This document shows positions 43,392 through 53,067 of a stretch of DNA of 62,789 bases, piece after piece (positions within the stretch are counted from its first letter, which is position 1; each line of letters opens with the position of its first letter). Source of the stretch: Tortispora ganteri (taxonomy: Eukaryota); the NCBI GenBank assembly GCA_003707115.1, contig PPNB01000034.1:1-62789 (forward strand), given 5' to 3'. The notes under the pieces are model-generated. The model worked only from the letters and a program-made list of their open reading frames with translations, searched no databases and was not told where the DNA came from. A program made the position numbers and the translations under genes.

Positions 43392-45059
43392 ATGCCTGAA
43401 ATCATCTATGAGTCTCCAGAATATTCTTTGCTTCCGCCCAAGATTAACTTAGCAGAGACAATTCTTCATCGCAGTCTTGCAACTCCGGGGCAACCTCTTT
43501 TTATCGATCCTAACACTGAAAAGTCTTACGATATCGTAGCTTTGCGCCATATTACCGGCAGAGTCGCACATCTCTTGCGAAGTGAGTATGGTATTAATAA
43601 AGGCGATGTAGTCGGTATATACAGTATGAATCAGGCGCTCATGACTGCAATGTACCTTGGATGTGTGTCGATTGGCGCGATCGTCAGTCCACTCGCTATG
43701 ACATATGTAGCTGGCGAAGTGAGACATGCATTGATCACTGCAGGAATCAAGAAGCTATTTACACAGAAGCATCTTCTTTCCAATGTGGAAGGCGCTCTGT
43801 CGATGGGCCCCGCAGATGCCGAGGAAGAGACCGATAGGCTGACCGTCACCATGAAAGACGTGATAGACATCGATCAGTTCCTTCTTGCTGCCGATACTCC
43901 GGGTCCTACTGTGTTTCCGATCACTATGACTATCGATGAGCTTGAAAACAAACCTTCTTTCCTGTGTTTTTCTTCCGGAACCACGGGCAAGTTTAAGGCA
44001 GTCATGCTTTCTCAGATGAACGTTGGATCTGATGTGATGATGTGTATAGGAAGCGCGTCGTTTATGTACAATCAGCAGACTCAGCTCATGATGTTGCCTC
44101 AATCGCATATTTTCGGACTGGTTATGGTGCTGATGTGTGCTCCATACGCTGGATGCAAAGTAATTGTCATGCAGAAGTTTGCGCTTGAGACCTATGTCGA
44201 TTATATTATCAAGTATAAAGTGACAAGCCTGATGACTGTTCCGCCTGTGCTTGTGCTTCTTGCAAAACACCCGTACGTTGTGGGCAAGCGCGACGAGATC
44301 TGCAAGACTTTGCGTAGTATATTTAGTGGAGCAGCGCCGTTGTCGCGTGAGCTGTCTGATGCCGTCAAGAGGAACCTGCCGACTATGACTATCGTTCAGG
44401 GCTACGGTCTGACAGAGACTGCACCTACCAGCCATATCGCTAAGCTAAACCGTCCTGACGAAAAAGTGAGCAAAGTCGGATTCCTTCTTGCGCACCAACA
44501 GGCACGTCTTGTTGACGAAGACGGCAATGACGTTCCAAAAGGCAAGGCGGGTGAGCTATGTATTCGCGGACCGAACGTATTCTTAGGGTATTATCGTAAC
44601 CCGAAGGCAAACCAGGCGGCGTTCTTACCTGGCCGCTGGTTCCGTACAGGCGATATTGCAATGATCGATGAAGACAATTACTGGTCAATTGTAGACCGAG
44701 CGAAAGAATTGATCAAGTCGAAAGGCCATCAGGTGGCACCTGCCGAGTTAGAGGATCTGCTCCTTTCGCACCCAGACGTGAACGACTCGGCAGTGATCGG
44801 CATCTATAACGAAGATGAGGCCACCGAGTACCCTCGGGCATACGTTGTACTGAAACCTGGGTCGCCTGCCGCTGCTAACCCATCGATTATCTGTGATTTT
44901 GTCGCATCCAAGGTAGCTAGACACAAGCAATTGTGGGGTGGTGTGGTTATTATTGACGCGATTCCTAAATCTGTCTCTGGAAAGATTCTCCGTCGTCAGC
45001 TCAGAGAGCGTAAAAACGACAAAGCGTTCTATTCAGCCAAAACGAAGTCCAAATTGTAG
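43392..45059 (+). CDS. Peroxisomal 4-coumarate-CoA-ligase-like acyl-CoA synthetase, copy 1
   Basis: FSSGTTG, QGYGLTET, GELCIRGP, WFRTGD, DRAKELIK and IPKSVSGKILRR motifs; PTS1 -SKL. Confidence 0.9.
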   Translation: MPEIIYESPEYSLLPPKINLAETILHRSLATPGQPLFIDPNTEKSYDIVALRHITGRVAHLLRSEYGINKGDVVGIYSMNQALMTAMYLGCVSIGAIVSPLAMTYVAGEVRHALITAGIKKLFTQKHLLSNVEGALSMGPADAEEETDRLTVTMKDVIDIDQFLLAADTPGPTVFPITMTIDELENKPSFLCFSSGTTGKFKAVMLSQMNVGSDVMMCIGSASFMYNQQTQLMMLPQSHIFGLVMVLMCAPYAGCKVIVMQKFALETYVDYIIKYKVTSLMTVPPVLVLLAKHPYVVGKRDEICKTLRSIFSGAAPLSRELSDAVKRNLPTMTIVQGYGLTETAPTSHIAKLNRPDEKVSKVGFLLAHQQARLVDEDGNDVPKGKAGELCIRGPNVFLGYYRNPKANQAAFLPGRWFRTGDIAMIDEDNYWSIVDRAKELIKSKGHQVAPAELEDLLLSHPDVNDSAVIGIYNEDEATEYPRAYVVLKPGSPAAANPSIICDFVASKVARHKQLWGGVVIIDAIPKSVSGKILRRQLRERKNDKAFYSAKTKSKL

Positions 45060-45325
45060 TTGCTGATTAAGACTAATAAATATAAATATACACTGCATAA
45101 TTAGAAAAATTTTTAAGCAATTTCTCGTCCTATATAACTGCCCACTTTCCCCCTTTTTTTAAGCTCCCTCGAATTTGTTATCTGCTACGGAAATGTCCCC
45201 CGCAGCGTGGGGGAACCTTATTATCAACGATTCCGTCCACCCCCCCTCCCCCACACATTTCACATATATATACCAGCATTTGAACCCCCACAAAAATATC
45301 ACTCATCTTATAGCGGTATCACATA

Positions 45326-46993
45326 ATGCCAGAAATTATCTACGAATCCCCCGAGTACGCTCTATTGCCACCTAAGATCAATCTTGCCGAGCTTATCCTG
45401 CACAGAGGTGTAGCAACACCTGGTGAGCCAATTTTCGTTGATCCATATACAGACAAGTCATATGATATTATCGCACTTCGAAATGTTGCAGGAAGAATTG
45501 CACACATACTTCGCTCAGAATACGGTATAAACAAAGGCGACGTTGTCGGTATCTACAGCATGAACCAGGCGTTGATGACATCCATGTACCTGGGCTGTAT
45601 GTCGCTGGGTGCAATTGTGAGCCCGCTCTCAATGACTTACGTCGCTGGCGAAGTGCGTCACGCTCTTATCACTTCTGGAATTAAGAAACTGTTTGCACAA
45701 AAACCATTGTACGCAAATGTCCAGGAGGCGCTGTCTATGGGCCCCGCAGATGCCGAGGAAGAGACCGACAGGCTGATCCTGACCATGAAGGATGTGATCG
45801 ACATTGACCAATTCCTTGCAATAGCAGATACCCCGGGCCCCACCGTTTACCCGATCAAGCTGACCGAAGAGGAGATTACTAAAAAACCCGCATACTTGTG
45901 CTTTTCATCGGGTACGACAGGTAAATTCAAAGCGGTAATGCTATCACAGTACAACATAGCGGCAGATGTGTTAATGTCTGTCTCAATTGCACCGTTTATG
46001 TACTCACAGCAGACTCAGGTAATGATGCTGCCACAATCCCATAGTTTCGGGCTTGTTATGGTGCTGATGTCTGCACCATACGCGGGCTGTAAGGTGGTAG
46101 TGATGAAGAAGTTCGCACTTGAGACATATATCGACTTCATTATCAAGTACAAGGCGACCGCGATTATGACAGTACCGCCAGTACTTGTACTACTGGCTAA
46201 GCATCCATACGTAATTCAAAAGCGGGATGAGATTTGCAAGACGCTCCGCGCGATCAATAGCGGTGCCGCGCCACTCTCGAAGGAGCTGTCGGACGCAGTC
46301 AAACGGAATCTGCCCAGCACTTCAATTGTGCAAGGTTATGGACTGACAGAGACTGGACCAACGAGTCATCTTACTAAACTTAACCGGCCCGAAAGCAAGG
46401 TTGGCAAAGTTGGGTTTCTGATGGCGAACCAACAGGCGCGGCTAATTGACGAGGATCTGAATGATGTGCCGCGTGGCCAGCCTGGAGAGATATGTATCCG
46501 GGGACCAAATATCTGCCTCGGGTATTACCGAAACCCAAAAGCTAACGAAATTGCGTTCCTTCCAGGTGGTTGGTTTCGCACGGGCGATATCGGTATGATC
46601 GACGAAGACAACTACTGGTCGATTGTGGACCGCGCCAAAGAACTTATTAAGTCAAAAGGCCACCAAGTCGCTCCTGCAGAGTTAGAAGACATTTTATTAT
46701 CACATCCTGACGTTATAGACTCAGCAGTTATTGGTGTCTACAACGAAAACGAAGCTACTGAGTACCCTCGTGCTTTTGTAGTGCTGAAACCTGGATCTGC
46801 AGCAGCAGCTAATCCCTCACTAATTTGCGACTTTATCGCCTCCAAAGTTGCCAAACATAAACAATTATGGGGTGGTGTTGTCGTAATAGACGCAATACCA
46901 AAATCTGTATCTGGAAAGATCCTTAGACGACAACTCCGAGAACGCAAGGGAGATAAGGCATTCTATTCAGCTAATGTCAAGGCTAAACTGTGA
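45326..46993 (+). CDS. Peroxisomal 4-coumarate-CoA-ligase-like acyl-CoA synthetase, copy 2 (tandem paralogue)
   Basis: Same length (555 aa) and colinear with copy 1; GEICIRG motif; PTS1 -AKL. Confidence 0.9.
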   Translation: MPEIIYESPEYALLPPKINLAELILHRGVATPGEPIFVDPYTDKSYDIIALRNVAGRIAHILRSEYGINKGDVVGIYSMNQALMTSMYLGCMSLGAIVSPLSMTYVAGEVRHALITSGIKKLFAQKPLYANVQEALSMGPADAEEETDRLILTMKDVIDIDQFLAIADTPGPTVYPIKLTEEEITKKPAYLCFSSGTTGKFKAVMLSQYNIAADVLMSVSIAPFMYSQQTQVMMLPQSHSFGLVMVLMSAPYAGCKVVVMKKFALETYIDFIIKYKATAIMTVPPVLVLLAKHPYVIQKRDEICKTLRAINSGAAPLSKELSDAVKRNLPSTSIVQGYGLTETGPTSHLTKLNRPESKVGKVGFLMANQQARLIDEDLNDVPRGQPGEICIRGPNICLGYYRNPKANEIAFLPGGWFRTGDIGMIDEDNYWSIVDRAKELIKSKGHQVAPAELEDILLSHPDVIDSAVIGVYNENEATEYPRAFVVLKPGSAAAANPSLICDFIASKVAKHKQLWGGVVVIDAIPKSVSGKILRRQLRERKGDKAFYSANVKAKL

Positions 46994-47134
46994 TCACCGT
47001 TGGTTTACTTTTCCACCTTACTCTCTCCCAACTTCCGACTTCACCCCCTTTTTTCTCTTTTTCTGCACCATTTTTTTATCTCCTAGTCTCTTTCCGTATT
47101 CAGACATTTATATAAATTTATATATATATATATA

Positions 47135-47296
47135 GTAAGTATCTAGTCTTTGTTGAAATGATGAACAAAGCTACCCCTCTCCGACTAATGTCATGATACG
47201 GATAAAAAGGCCATTGGTAACTTAGAAAAATTTTATCTGAATCAACCTACAACTCGCTCTACGCGCGACCCGCGACCAGCAACTAACCTTCACCAG
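47135..47296 (+). other. Putative spliceosomal intron in non-coding sequence upstream of the MMT gene (snoRNA host)
   Basis: GTAAGT at 47135-47140, branch site ACTAAC at 47282-47287, CAG at 47294-47296; same signal spacing as the coding introns in this window. Confidence 0.65.
47152..47246 (+). ncRNA. Candidate intronic box C/D snoRNA (target unassigned)
   Basis: Box C ATGATGA 47158-47164, box D CTGA 47237-47240, terminal stem GTTGA/TCAAC; possible D' CCGA 47181-47184 and C' ATGATAC 47193-47199. Confidence 0.7.
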
Positions 47297-47320
47297 CCCG
47301 AATAGAATGAGAAAATTGCA

Positions 47321-48406
47321 ATGATTACATTAAAATCGCTAAATAGAACACTCAGAACCCAACATATACTCTCCAATGCTTACTTCTTGCGCGCTAAACC
47401 CACAGTACGCTATCACGGTTCGCATGATCACGATCATACCCACAAAGAAGGCGCGAAACTCCTGCTAGGCCCGCCATCTGACCCGCGTTCCCGCATAACA
47501 CAAGTCGGTCTTGCATCGAACATCTTTATTGCAGGCGTAAAGGCAATTGGCGGCTGGATTTTCTCCTCTCAGGCTTTACTAGCAGACGCCGCTCACGCTG
47601 CTGTCGATGTCGCGGCAGATGTCACTACCCTCGCAGCCGTATCGGCTTCAAACAAACCGAAGTCAAACATCTATCCACTTGGAAGAGGCAAAGTCGAGGC
47701 ACTAGCATCACTCGCTGTATCTGGCCTCCTAATTTCCGCCGCTGTAGGTATCGCAACGCCCATCTTTTCCCTCTCCCTCTCCTTCATAGGCGAACACTTT
47801 AATATACCACTACTTCTACAACTCCCTCATGTCCACTCTCATTCGCATCAGATAGTAAGTCCCAATGCTGCATGGCTAGCATTGGGTTCTCTCGTCATAA
47901 AGGAGTGGGTTTTTAGAGCTACTATGAAAGTAGCCCATCAGACCAAATCCTCTGTCCTGGTCGCCAACGCCTGGCATCATAGGGCTGACGCCCTCACTTC
48001 AGGTGTTGCTTTAGCCGCAATAGTGTTAGCGCAATTTGTGCCCAATCAGGAAATAGCTTCTCTTATCGATCCTGCTGCCGGCGGCGCCGTCGCTCTCATC
48101 ATCCTGAAGGCTTCTATCGGCACAACCAAACAGGCCATATGGGAACTTACCGACAATTCGAAAGCAGTCAGTTCTGAAACTCGCCACTCTATTGAATCTT
48201 CTGTTAAAACAGCCTTGGAGAATTACCCCGATACTTCTCTTTCTAAACTCGATGTCCTCAAAGCCGGCTCTGAGGTAAATGCTTTCATTGACATTAAAAC
48301 TGACCCTAACTCGCCTCTTAAAGATTTCCAGGAACTAGCTCACACCGTTGAGCATTCCGTGACTCATACCGACTCTGAAGTCAAAGTCAGGATCAGATCA
48401 ATATGA
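47321..48406 (+). CDS. Mitochondrial cation diffusion facilitator (Mmt1/Mmt2-like iron transporter)
   Basis: Presequence, His-rich HGSHDHDHTH, SQALLADAAH, YPLGRGKVE and ANAWHHRADALTS motifs. Confidence 0.88.
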   Translation: MITLKSLNRTLRTQHILSNAYFLRAKPTVRYHGSHDHDHTHKEGAKLLLGPPSDPRSRITQVGLASNIFIAGVKAIGGWIFSSQALLADAAHAAVDVAADVTTLAAVSASNKPKSNIYPLGRGKVEALASLAVSGLLISAAVGIATPIFSLSLSFIGEHFNIPLLLQLPHVHSHSHQIVSPNAAWLALGSLVIKEWVFRATMKVAHQTKSSVLVANAWHHRADALTSGVALAAIVLAQFVPNQEIASLIDPAAGGAVALIILKASIGTTKQAIWELTDNSKAVSSETRHSIESSVKTALENYPDTSLSKLDVLKAGSEVNAFIDIKTDPNSPLKDFQELAHTVEHSVTHTDSEVKVRIRSI

Positions 48407-48518
48407 AATCTTAACCATTTCTCATACATATTATTATCAATGACTACTCACTCGTTTATCGTCAAGCATTCGCATAACTACTTTTACGTTATAATATGGT
48501 TTATTTTATAATAATTCA

Positions 48519-50792
48519 TTAAATTCCAAAACTTGGTTCAAACGCACCAGCGGCAAAACATAAATTCCTTCTCGTGAATTTCAACTTGTAAACTGGCGTC
48601 TTCTTCGTATAATACACCGCTAAATGATCTGGTCTAGCAACTAGTTCTTTTCCGTGTCCAAACTTCTGTGCTGAATCAACAGCCATTCCATACTGACCTT
48701 CCCTCTTAGCATTACTTGATGAATTTTCACTTTGGCCTTCTGCACCCGTAGCAGACTGCACTGGGTTGAATGCAACAGGTTCAGGTCCATTATCCGGCGT
48801 ACCTTTCCTCACATCCCACACCCTAACGCTGCCATCTCCGCCTCCAGATACCAAAACAGATCCTTCAAGCGAGAATGCCAAAGAGTATACGCTGGAATTT
48901 CCGTGGCCCGTCATAGACTTAAGACGCCGGCCAGAACCGATATCCCATACATTGATAACAGCATCATCTCCTCCAGAAGCTAGCCATCTGCCATCGGGGC
49001 TGACAGCTAAGCTAGTCACAGGAGCAGTATGTCCGTTCATCACACGAACACTAGACCCCCTAGCAATATCCCACATTCGAATGGTTTTATCTGACGATCC
49101 AGTGAACACATATGTCGAGTTTGGGTGGAAGATAGCCGTCTCAACATCAGACAAGTGCCCGGCAAATATCCTTAAAGGATATATATGGTCGCAACTCCAT
49201 AGCCGAGCAGTTTGGTCATGAGATGCAGTAACGAAATAATGTCCAAATGGGCTAAATTGTACATCCCATACAGGTCTTGTATGACCTTTGTAAGCGACCA
49301 GCGCAGTGCCGGTTTCGACAGACCATAGTCGAACTGTTTTGTCTTCAGATGCAGAAGCAACATATTTGCCATCTGGAGAAAAGTTGACTCCATAAACAGG
49401 TCCGCTGTGGCCAATAAAGCGCCATGTACTGGTGCTTTCTGCATCACGCGGTTTATATAATGAGCGCAAATTTTCTCCCTTCAGATTCCACAATTGCACA
49501 TAGCTATCGGCGAAACCACCAGCAGCAAGTGCAGAGTCAGGCGAAAAATCAAACGTATGAAGTTTCCCGTAAGTGTTATGTAGCGTGAATAAGCATATTG
49601 ATGGCAATGATGTCTGTACAGTGCCAACTTTGACGCGCGAACGGTAATCTTTGACTTTTTCTATCTCTGCCTTAACATCGATTCCTTTATAGGGCGGTAA
49701 TGGCAGTGCTTCCCTAGCAGGTGACATCATGTGTGGTTCATCCTGAGGAGGCGGCTGGTGCATTTCCTTAAACTCGTCAACTAAAGAACGATGGGGTTTG
49801 CCGAGAGCAGATGCGCTTTCCTTCTCATCTTCTTCCTTGAGTTGCATTTCTACGTCATGCTCCATATCGGTATCCATTGGCAGAGGACCTAGTTTCACCT
49901 CCTGAGAGTTAAATTTGTCCACTTGAAACTCGTTTGTGTCCATTCCCGGTATTCCTTCGTCGTTGTGTATTTCAGCTTCTAGAGTATTGTTGCTGGGACG
50001 GCCTGGAGTCTGGATAATTTCAAAGTAATCGTTCAGTAGTCTGAGAATAATGCTGCCACCGGTTCGTTCGTTATCATGACAGAAATAGAGAAGCAGATCC
50101 CAAGTAGTTTTAGACAAGTAAACCCTATAACGCGAAGAACGGTATCTTGAGGCCAATTCGTTTTCCTTTATGTGGTCAGGAGAACTGAGTCCGGCAAATT
50201 GGTGCAATTCATCTTCATGCATCATAGTGTGGTCTTTTGAGTACTCATCAAAGAATTGACGAGCTAATTGTACCTTGTCCCGAAGAATAAGATCGAAATA
50301 CAAGTGTAAAAAGATAGGGAAAAGCAGTTTGTGCAACTGCGGTTTATACAAGTCAAGAGAAGAGTCGATCCAGGATCGTAGAACCGAGTAGGCTCTTGCA
50401 TAAAGCTTAGCGTCCTCGACTATATTTGCATCTAAAGATTTTGCGTTTGCGGTTGGAGGTAGCGTGACCGCCTGGCCCTGTTGATTCGTTTGTACAGTTT
50501 GGTACTGCGCCTGTAGGTTGTTTTGCATCGCGGGTGATGGAGCAGGAGTACGCGACGATTCAAGTCGTAACATCGCTTCAGTTCTATGATAGCCTTTTTT
50601 CGACAGATATTCCATGACAATTTTATTCAAGTCTGATTGAGAGAATGACTGTTGTTGTTGTTGTTGCTGATGCTGAGGAGTAGCAGACCCTCCGGGAGTT
50701 TGCGAGGAGGCACCCGAGACGGAGGATGTTCTTGCAGCTTCATTCTGCGACATATGCGAACCGCCTTGATTGCCCTGTGGTGTTGAAGTCAT
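48519..50792 (-). CDS. TAF5: TFIID/SAGA subunit Taf5
   Basis: LisH-like DLNKIVMEYLSKKGYHRTE, NTD2 region, WD40 repeats (IYPLRIFAGH) and TKKTPVYKLKFTRRNL; first ATG at 50792. Confidence 0.96.
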   Translation of the reverse strand: MTSTPQGNQGGSHMSQNEAARTSSVSGASSQTPGGSATPQHQQQQQQQSFSQSDLNKIVMEYLSKKGYHRTEAMLRLESSRTPAPSPAMQNNLQAQYQTVQTNQQGQAVTLPPTANAKSLDANIVEDAKLYARAYSVLRSWIDSSLDLYKPQLHKLLFPIFLHLYFDLILRDKVQLARQFFDEYSKDHTMMHEDELHQFAGLSSPDHIKENELASRYRSSRYRVYLSKTTWDLLLYFCHDNERTGGSIILRLLNDYFEIIQTPGRPSNNTLEAEIHNDEGIPGMDTNEFQVDKFNSQEVKLGPLPMDTDMEHDVEMQLKEEDEKESASALGKPHRSLVDEFKEMHQPPPQDEPHMMSPAREALPLPPYKGIDVKAEIEKVKDYRSRVKVGTVQTSLPSICLFTLHNTYGKLHTFDFSPDSALAAGGFADSYVQLWNLKGENLRSLYKPRDAESTSTWRFIGHSGPVYGVNFSPDGKYVASASEDKTVRLWSVETGTALVAYKGHTRPVWDVQFSPFGHYFVTASHDQTARLWSCDHIYPLRIFAGHLSDVETAIFHPNSTYVFTGSSDKTIRMWDIARGSSVRVMNGHTAPVTSLAVSPDGRWLASGGDDAVINVWDIGSGRRLKSMTGHGNSSVYSLAFSLEGSVLVSGGGDGSVRVWDVRKGTPDNGPEPVAFNPVQSATGAEGQSENSSSNAKREGQYGMAVDSAQKFGHGKELVARPDHLAVYYTKKTPVYKLKFTRRNLCFAAGAFEPSFGI

Positions 50793-50982
50793 TCGCGATA
50801 TTCTGTTCAGGCGATGCACCGATTAAAAAGTGGTGAAGATAGGGGGAGAGGAGTCTTATAGGTGGTGCAGTTTTCCACCGAGTGTGAATGTTAGCGATTG
50901 CATAGCAACGGGAATGAGTAGTGCGAAATCTTCTTCATCGATACGACAATACGTTGAGGATCTAGTATAGACCAATAAGAGA

Positions 50983-51714
50983 ATGGGATCTAGACTTGAC
51001 GTGGCAAAAAAACAACACAGAGAGAGGTCTCAGCCTGCTAATCGACAGAAGTATGGTCTTCTTGAGAAACACAAGGACTATGTGAAGAGATCAAAGGATT
51101 TTCACCAAAAAGAAGAAAGATTGAGGATTCTAAGAAAGAAGGCTAGTGAACGTAATCCTGACGAATACTATCATGGCATGACTAGCGCTAAAAGCAAGAA
51201 GGGCGCCTTAATAAGTGATCAGACACGTGAGCGGCTTTCTAACGATGCAGCGAAGCTGCTGAAAACGCAAGACAGTGGTTACATCAGGACAGTCAAGGCT
51301 CATGAAGCGAACAAAATCGAGAAACTGAAGAATACTTTGGGTGTTAATATAGCAAGTGCGACTAGATCGAAAAGAAATCATATAGTTTTTCTTGAAGAGG
51401 ATCAGGATGTGAAAAAGTTTGATGTTATTGAGCATTTCGATACCCCCAAAGAACTACTTTACGAGTCTACGAACCGTCTTAAGAACTCGCAGTTGGATAA
51501 TTTGCAGATTGATAAGCTTGCAGATGAAGCTTTTCAGGCGAAGGAAATAACAGCTCGAGAAATAGAAGCACGACGTATGCGCAAAAAGGAACTGGATGCA
51601 GTAGAAAATGAAATGAATTTACAGCGGGAACTCATGAAGAAAGGTGCTAAAAAGAAAATTGTTAAAGCGGATGGATCAATCACTTGGAAATGGAAACCAC
51701 AGAGAAAAAGGTAA
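50983..51714 (+). CDS. UTP11: U3 snoRNP-associated protein Utp11
   Basis: HRERSQP, GLLEKHKDY, RNPDEYYHGM, LLKTQD.GY and WKWK.QRKR motifs. Confidence 0.95.
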   Translation: MGSRLDVAKKQHRERSQPANRQKYGLLEKHKDYVKRSKDFHQKEERLRILRKKASERNPDEYYHGMTSAKSKKGALISDQTRERLSNDAAKLLKTQDSGYIRTVKAHEANKIEKLKNTLGVNIASATRSKRNHIVFLEEDQDVKKFDVIEHFDTPKELLYESTNRLKNSQLDNLQIDKLADEAFQAKEITAREIEARRMRKKELDAVENEMNLQRELMKKGAKKKIVKADGSITWKWKPQRKR

Positions 51715-51757
51715 ACCAGGATAGAGCAGAGCTAGAAAAAGAGTATGTCTTTGGCAC

Positions 51758-52948
51758 TTAATCCTCCATTGGCGAGCCCACATCTTCGGGGTTTTCATTG
51801 TCTTCTGGTTCGAAGTATATTCTAACGCATTGGACGCTCATGCACTCATTAGGACAATAGGGGCACTTGAATCTGTGCCTGCTGTTGTTATGTGAGAGGC
51901 TTGCTAAGCTTTCCTTTGCGACGACGTGTCCGCACGGAAGCAACATTGGAGGGTTGCGAATGGTCGTCTGTTCTTTAGAGACAGGACAAACGAAGATATT
52001 ATGGAAGATATAGTCCTTTGGTAAGTCTATTTCAACGGGTATCTCGTTCAAAGAAGTCCATTCTGCGTGTTTTTGTGACGATATTGTGGACATTTTTACG
52101 AAATCAGGCAAGGCAAGCGAACCGGCGCTTACTGCGACATATAGAGGAGAGAGAGGAGTCAGGCTCATAATTGAACAAAACTCTTTTATGAAGAGCTGCT
52201 CCAAATTGTCCCAAGTTTTCTCTGATGTGAAAAGATCGTGGTAAGGCGAAGAATTAAGTCTGTTACGGTACATAAAAGCACCAGTAAGTTTTGATATTTC
52301 AGGCATACAGTCTGCAGCGAATCTAGGAAAATTTTTGCGGGCGTAATCTAATGCAGGTTCAGAACCGTCAGGACGAGGAGGTTGATTTAATAAATTCACG
52401 AACTGCATAGCATGAAGTTCGAATTCAAGCCTAGAGTAGAGTTCTTGTAATTTCCCTTTATTAGCAGTAGCCCATTCAACAGCAGAGTCTACTTTGTGCT
52501 GCCTTATATCGTTAACAATGAGGTACATTGTTTTGAATGAGTCGATTGTAGAATTCGGAATATTAATATGAGCTTCTTTGCAGAGGATTTGTGCAGTGTC
52601 AAAATCACCTTGACGGATCAGATGCAATGCAACAGCTTTGTCGATATCAGGCAATTTACCTTCAAAGACAGAAGGATCATAAGCTTTTGACAAGTCAACT
52701 TTGAAAGTTCTCTCAACACTTTTAGTTGCCTTGTTTATACCCTTGTATACTGTCTTCTGTGCCACAGATACAGATCTCGTATAGTCGTCTATTGCAGTTT
52801 TCACTTGTGCAATCCCTTCAGTCTTCGCTTTTGCAGCGTTCGGTGCATTAAAAAGATTCTGTCTAATATTATTAAGCTTTCCAAGCAAATCATCTACGGA
52901 TTCAATGCATGGATCAATATTTATTGGATCCTTTAGAGAATCATCCAT
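51758..52948 (-). CDS. RMD5: GID complex RING subunit Rmd5/Gid2
   Basis: LisH/CTLH/CRA region plus FHNIFVCPVSKEQTT..NPPMLLPCGHV...FKCPYCP. Confidence 0.92.
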   Translation of the reverse strand: MDDSLKDPINIDPCIESVDDLLGKLNNIRQNLFNAPNAAKAKTEGIAQVKTAIDDYTRSVSVAQKTVYKGINKATKSVERTFKVDLSKAYDPSVFEGKLPDIDKAVALHLIRQGDFDTAQILCKEAHINIPNSTIDSFKTMYLIVNDIRQHKVDSAVEWATANKGKLQELYSRLEFELHAMQFVNLLNQPPRPDGSEPALDYARKNFPRFAADCMPEISKLTGAFMYRNRLNSSPYHDLFTSEKTWDNLEQLFIKEFCSIMSLTPLSPLYVAVSAGSLALPDFVKMSTISSQKHAEWTSLNEIPVEIDLPKDYIFHNIFVCPVSKEQTTIRNPPMLLPCGHVVAKESLASLSHNNSRHRFKCPYCPNECMSVQCVRIYFEPEDNENPEDVGSPMED

Positions 52949-53067
52949 CTTCGTAGCTCTTTGTCACTTTAAGGAAGGAAGTACTAACTTACCCGCTATA
53001 TAGTCCCAACCCACCCATTCCCCCCGCTTACCTATTCAGCAACTAAAATCGCCCTTTATCACACCTA

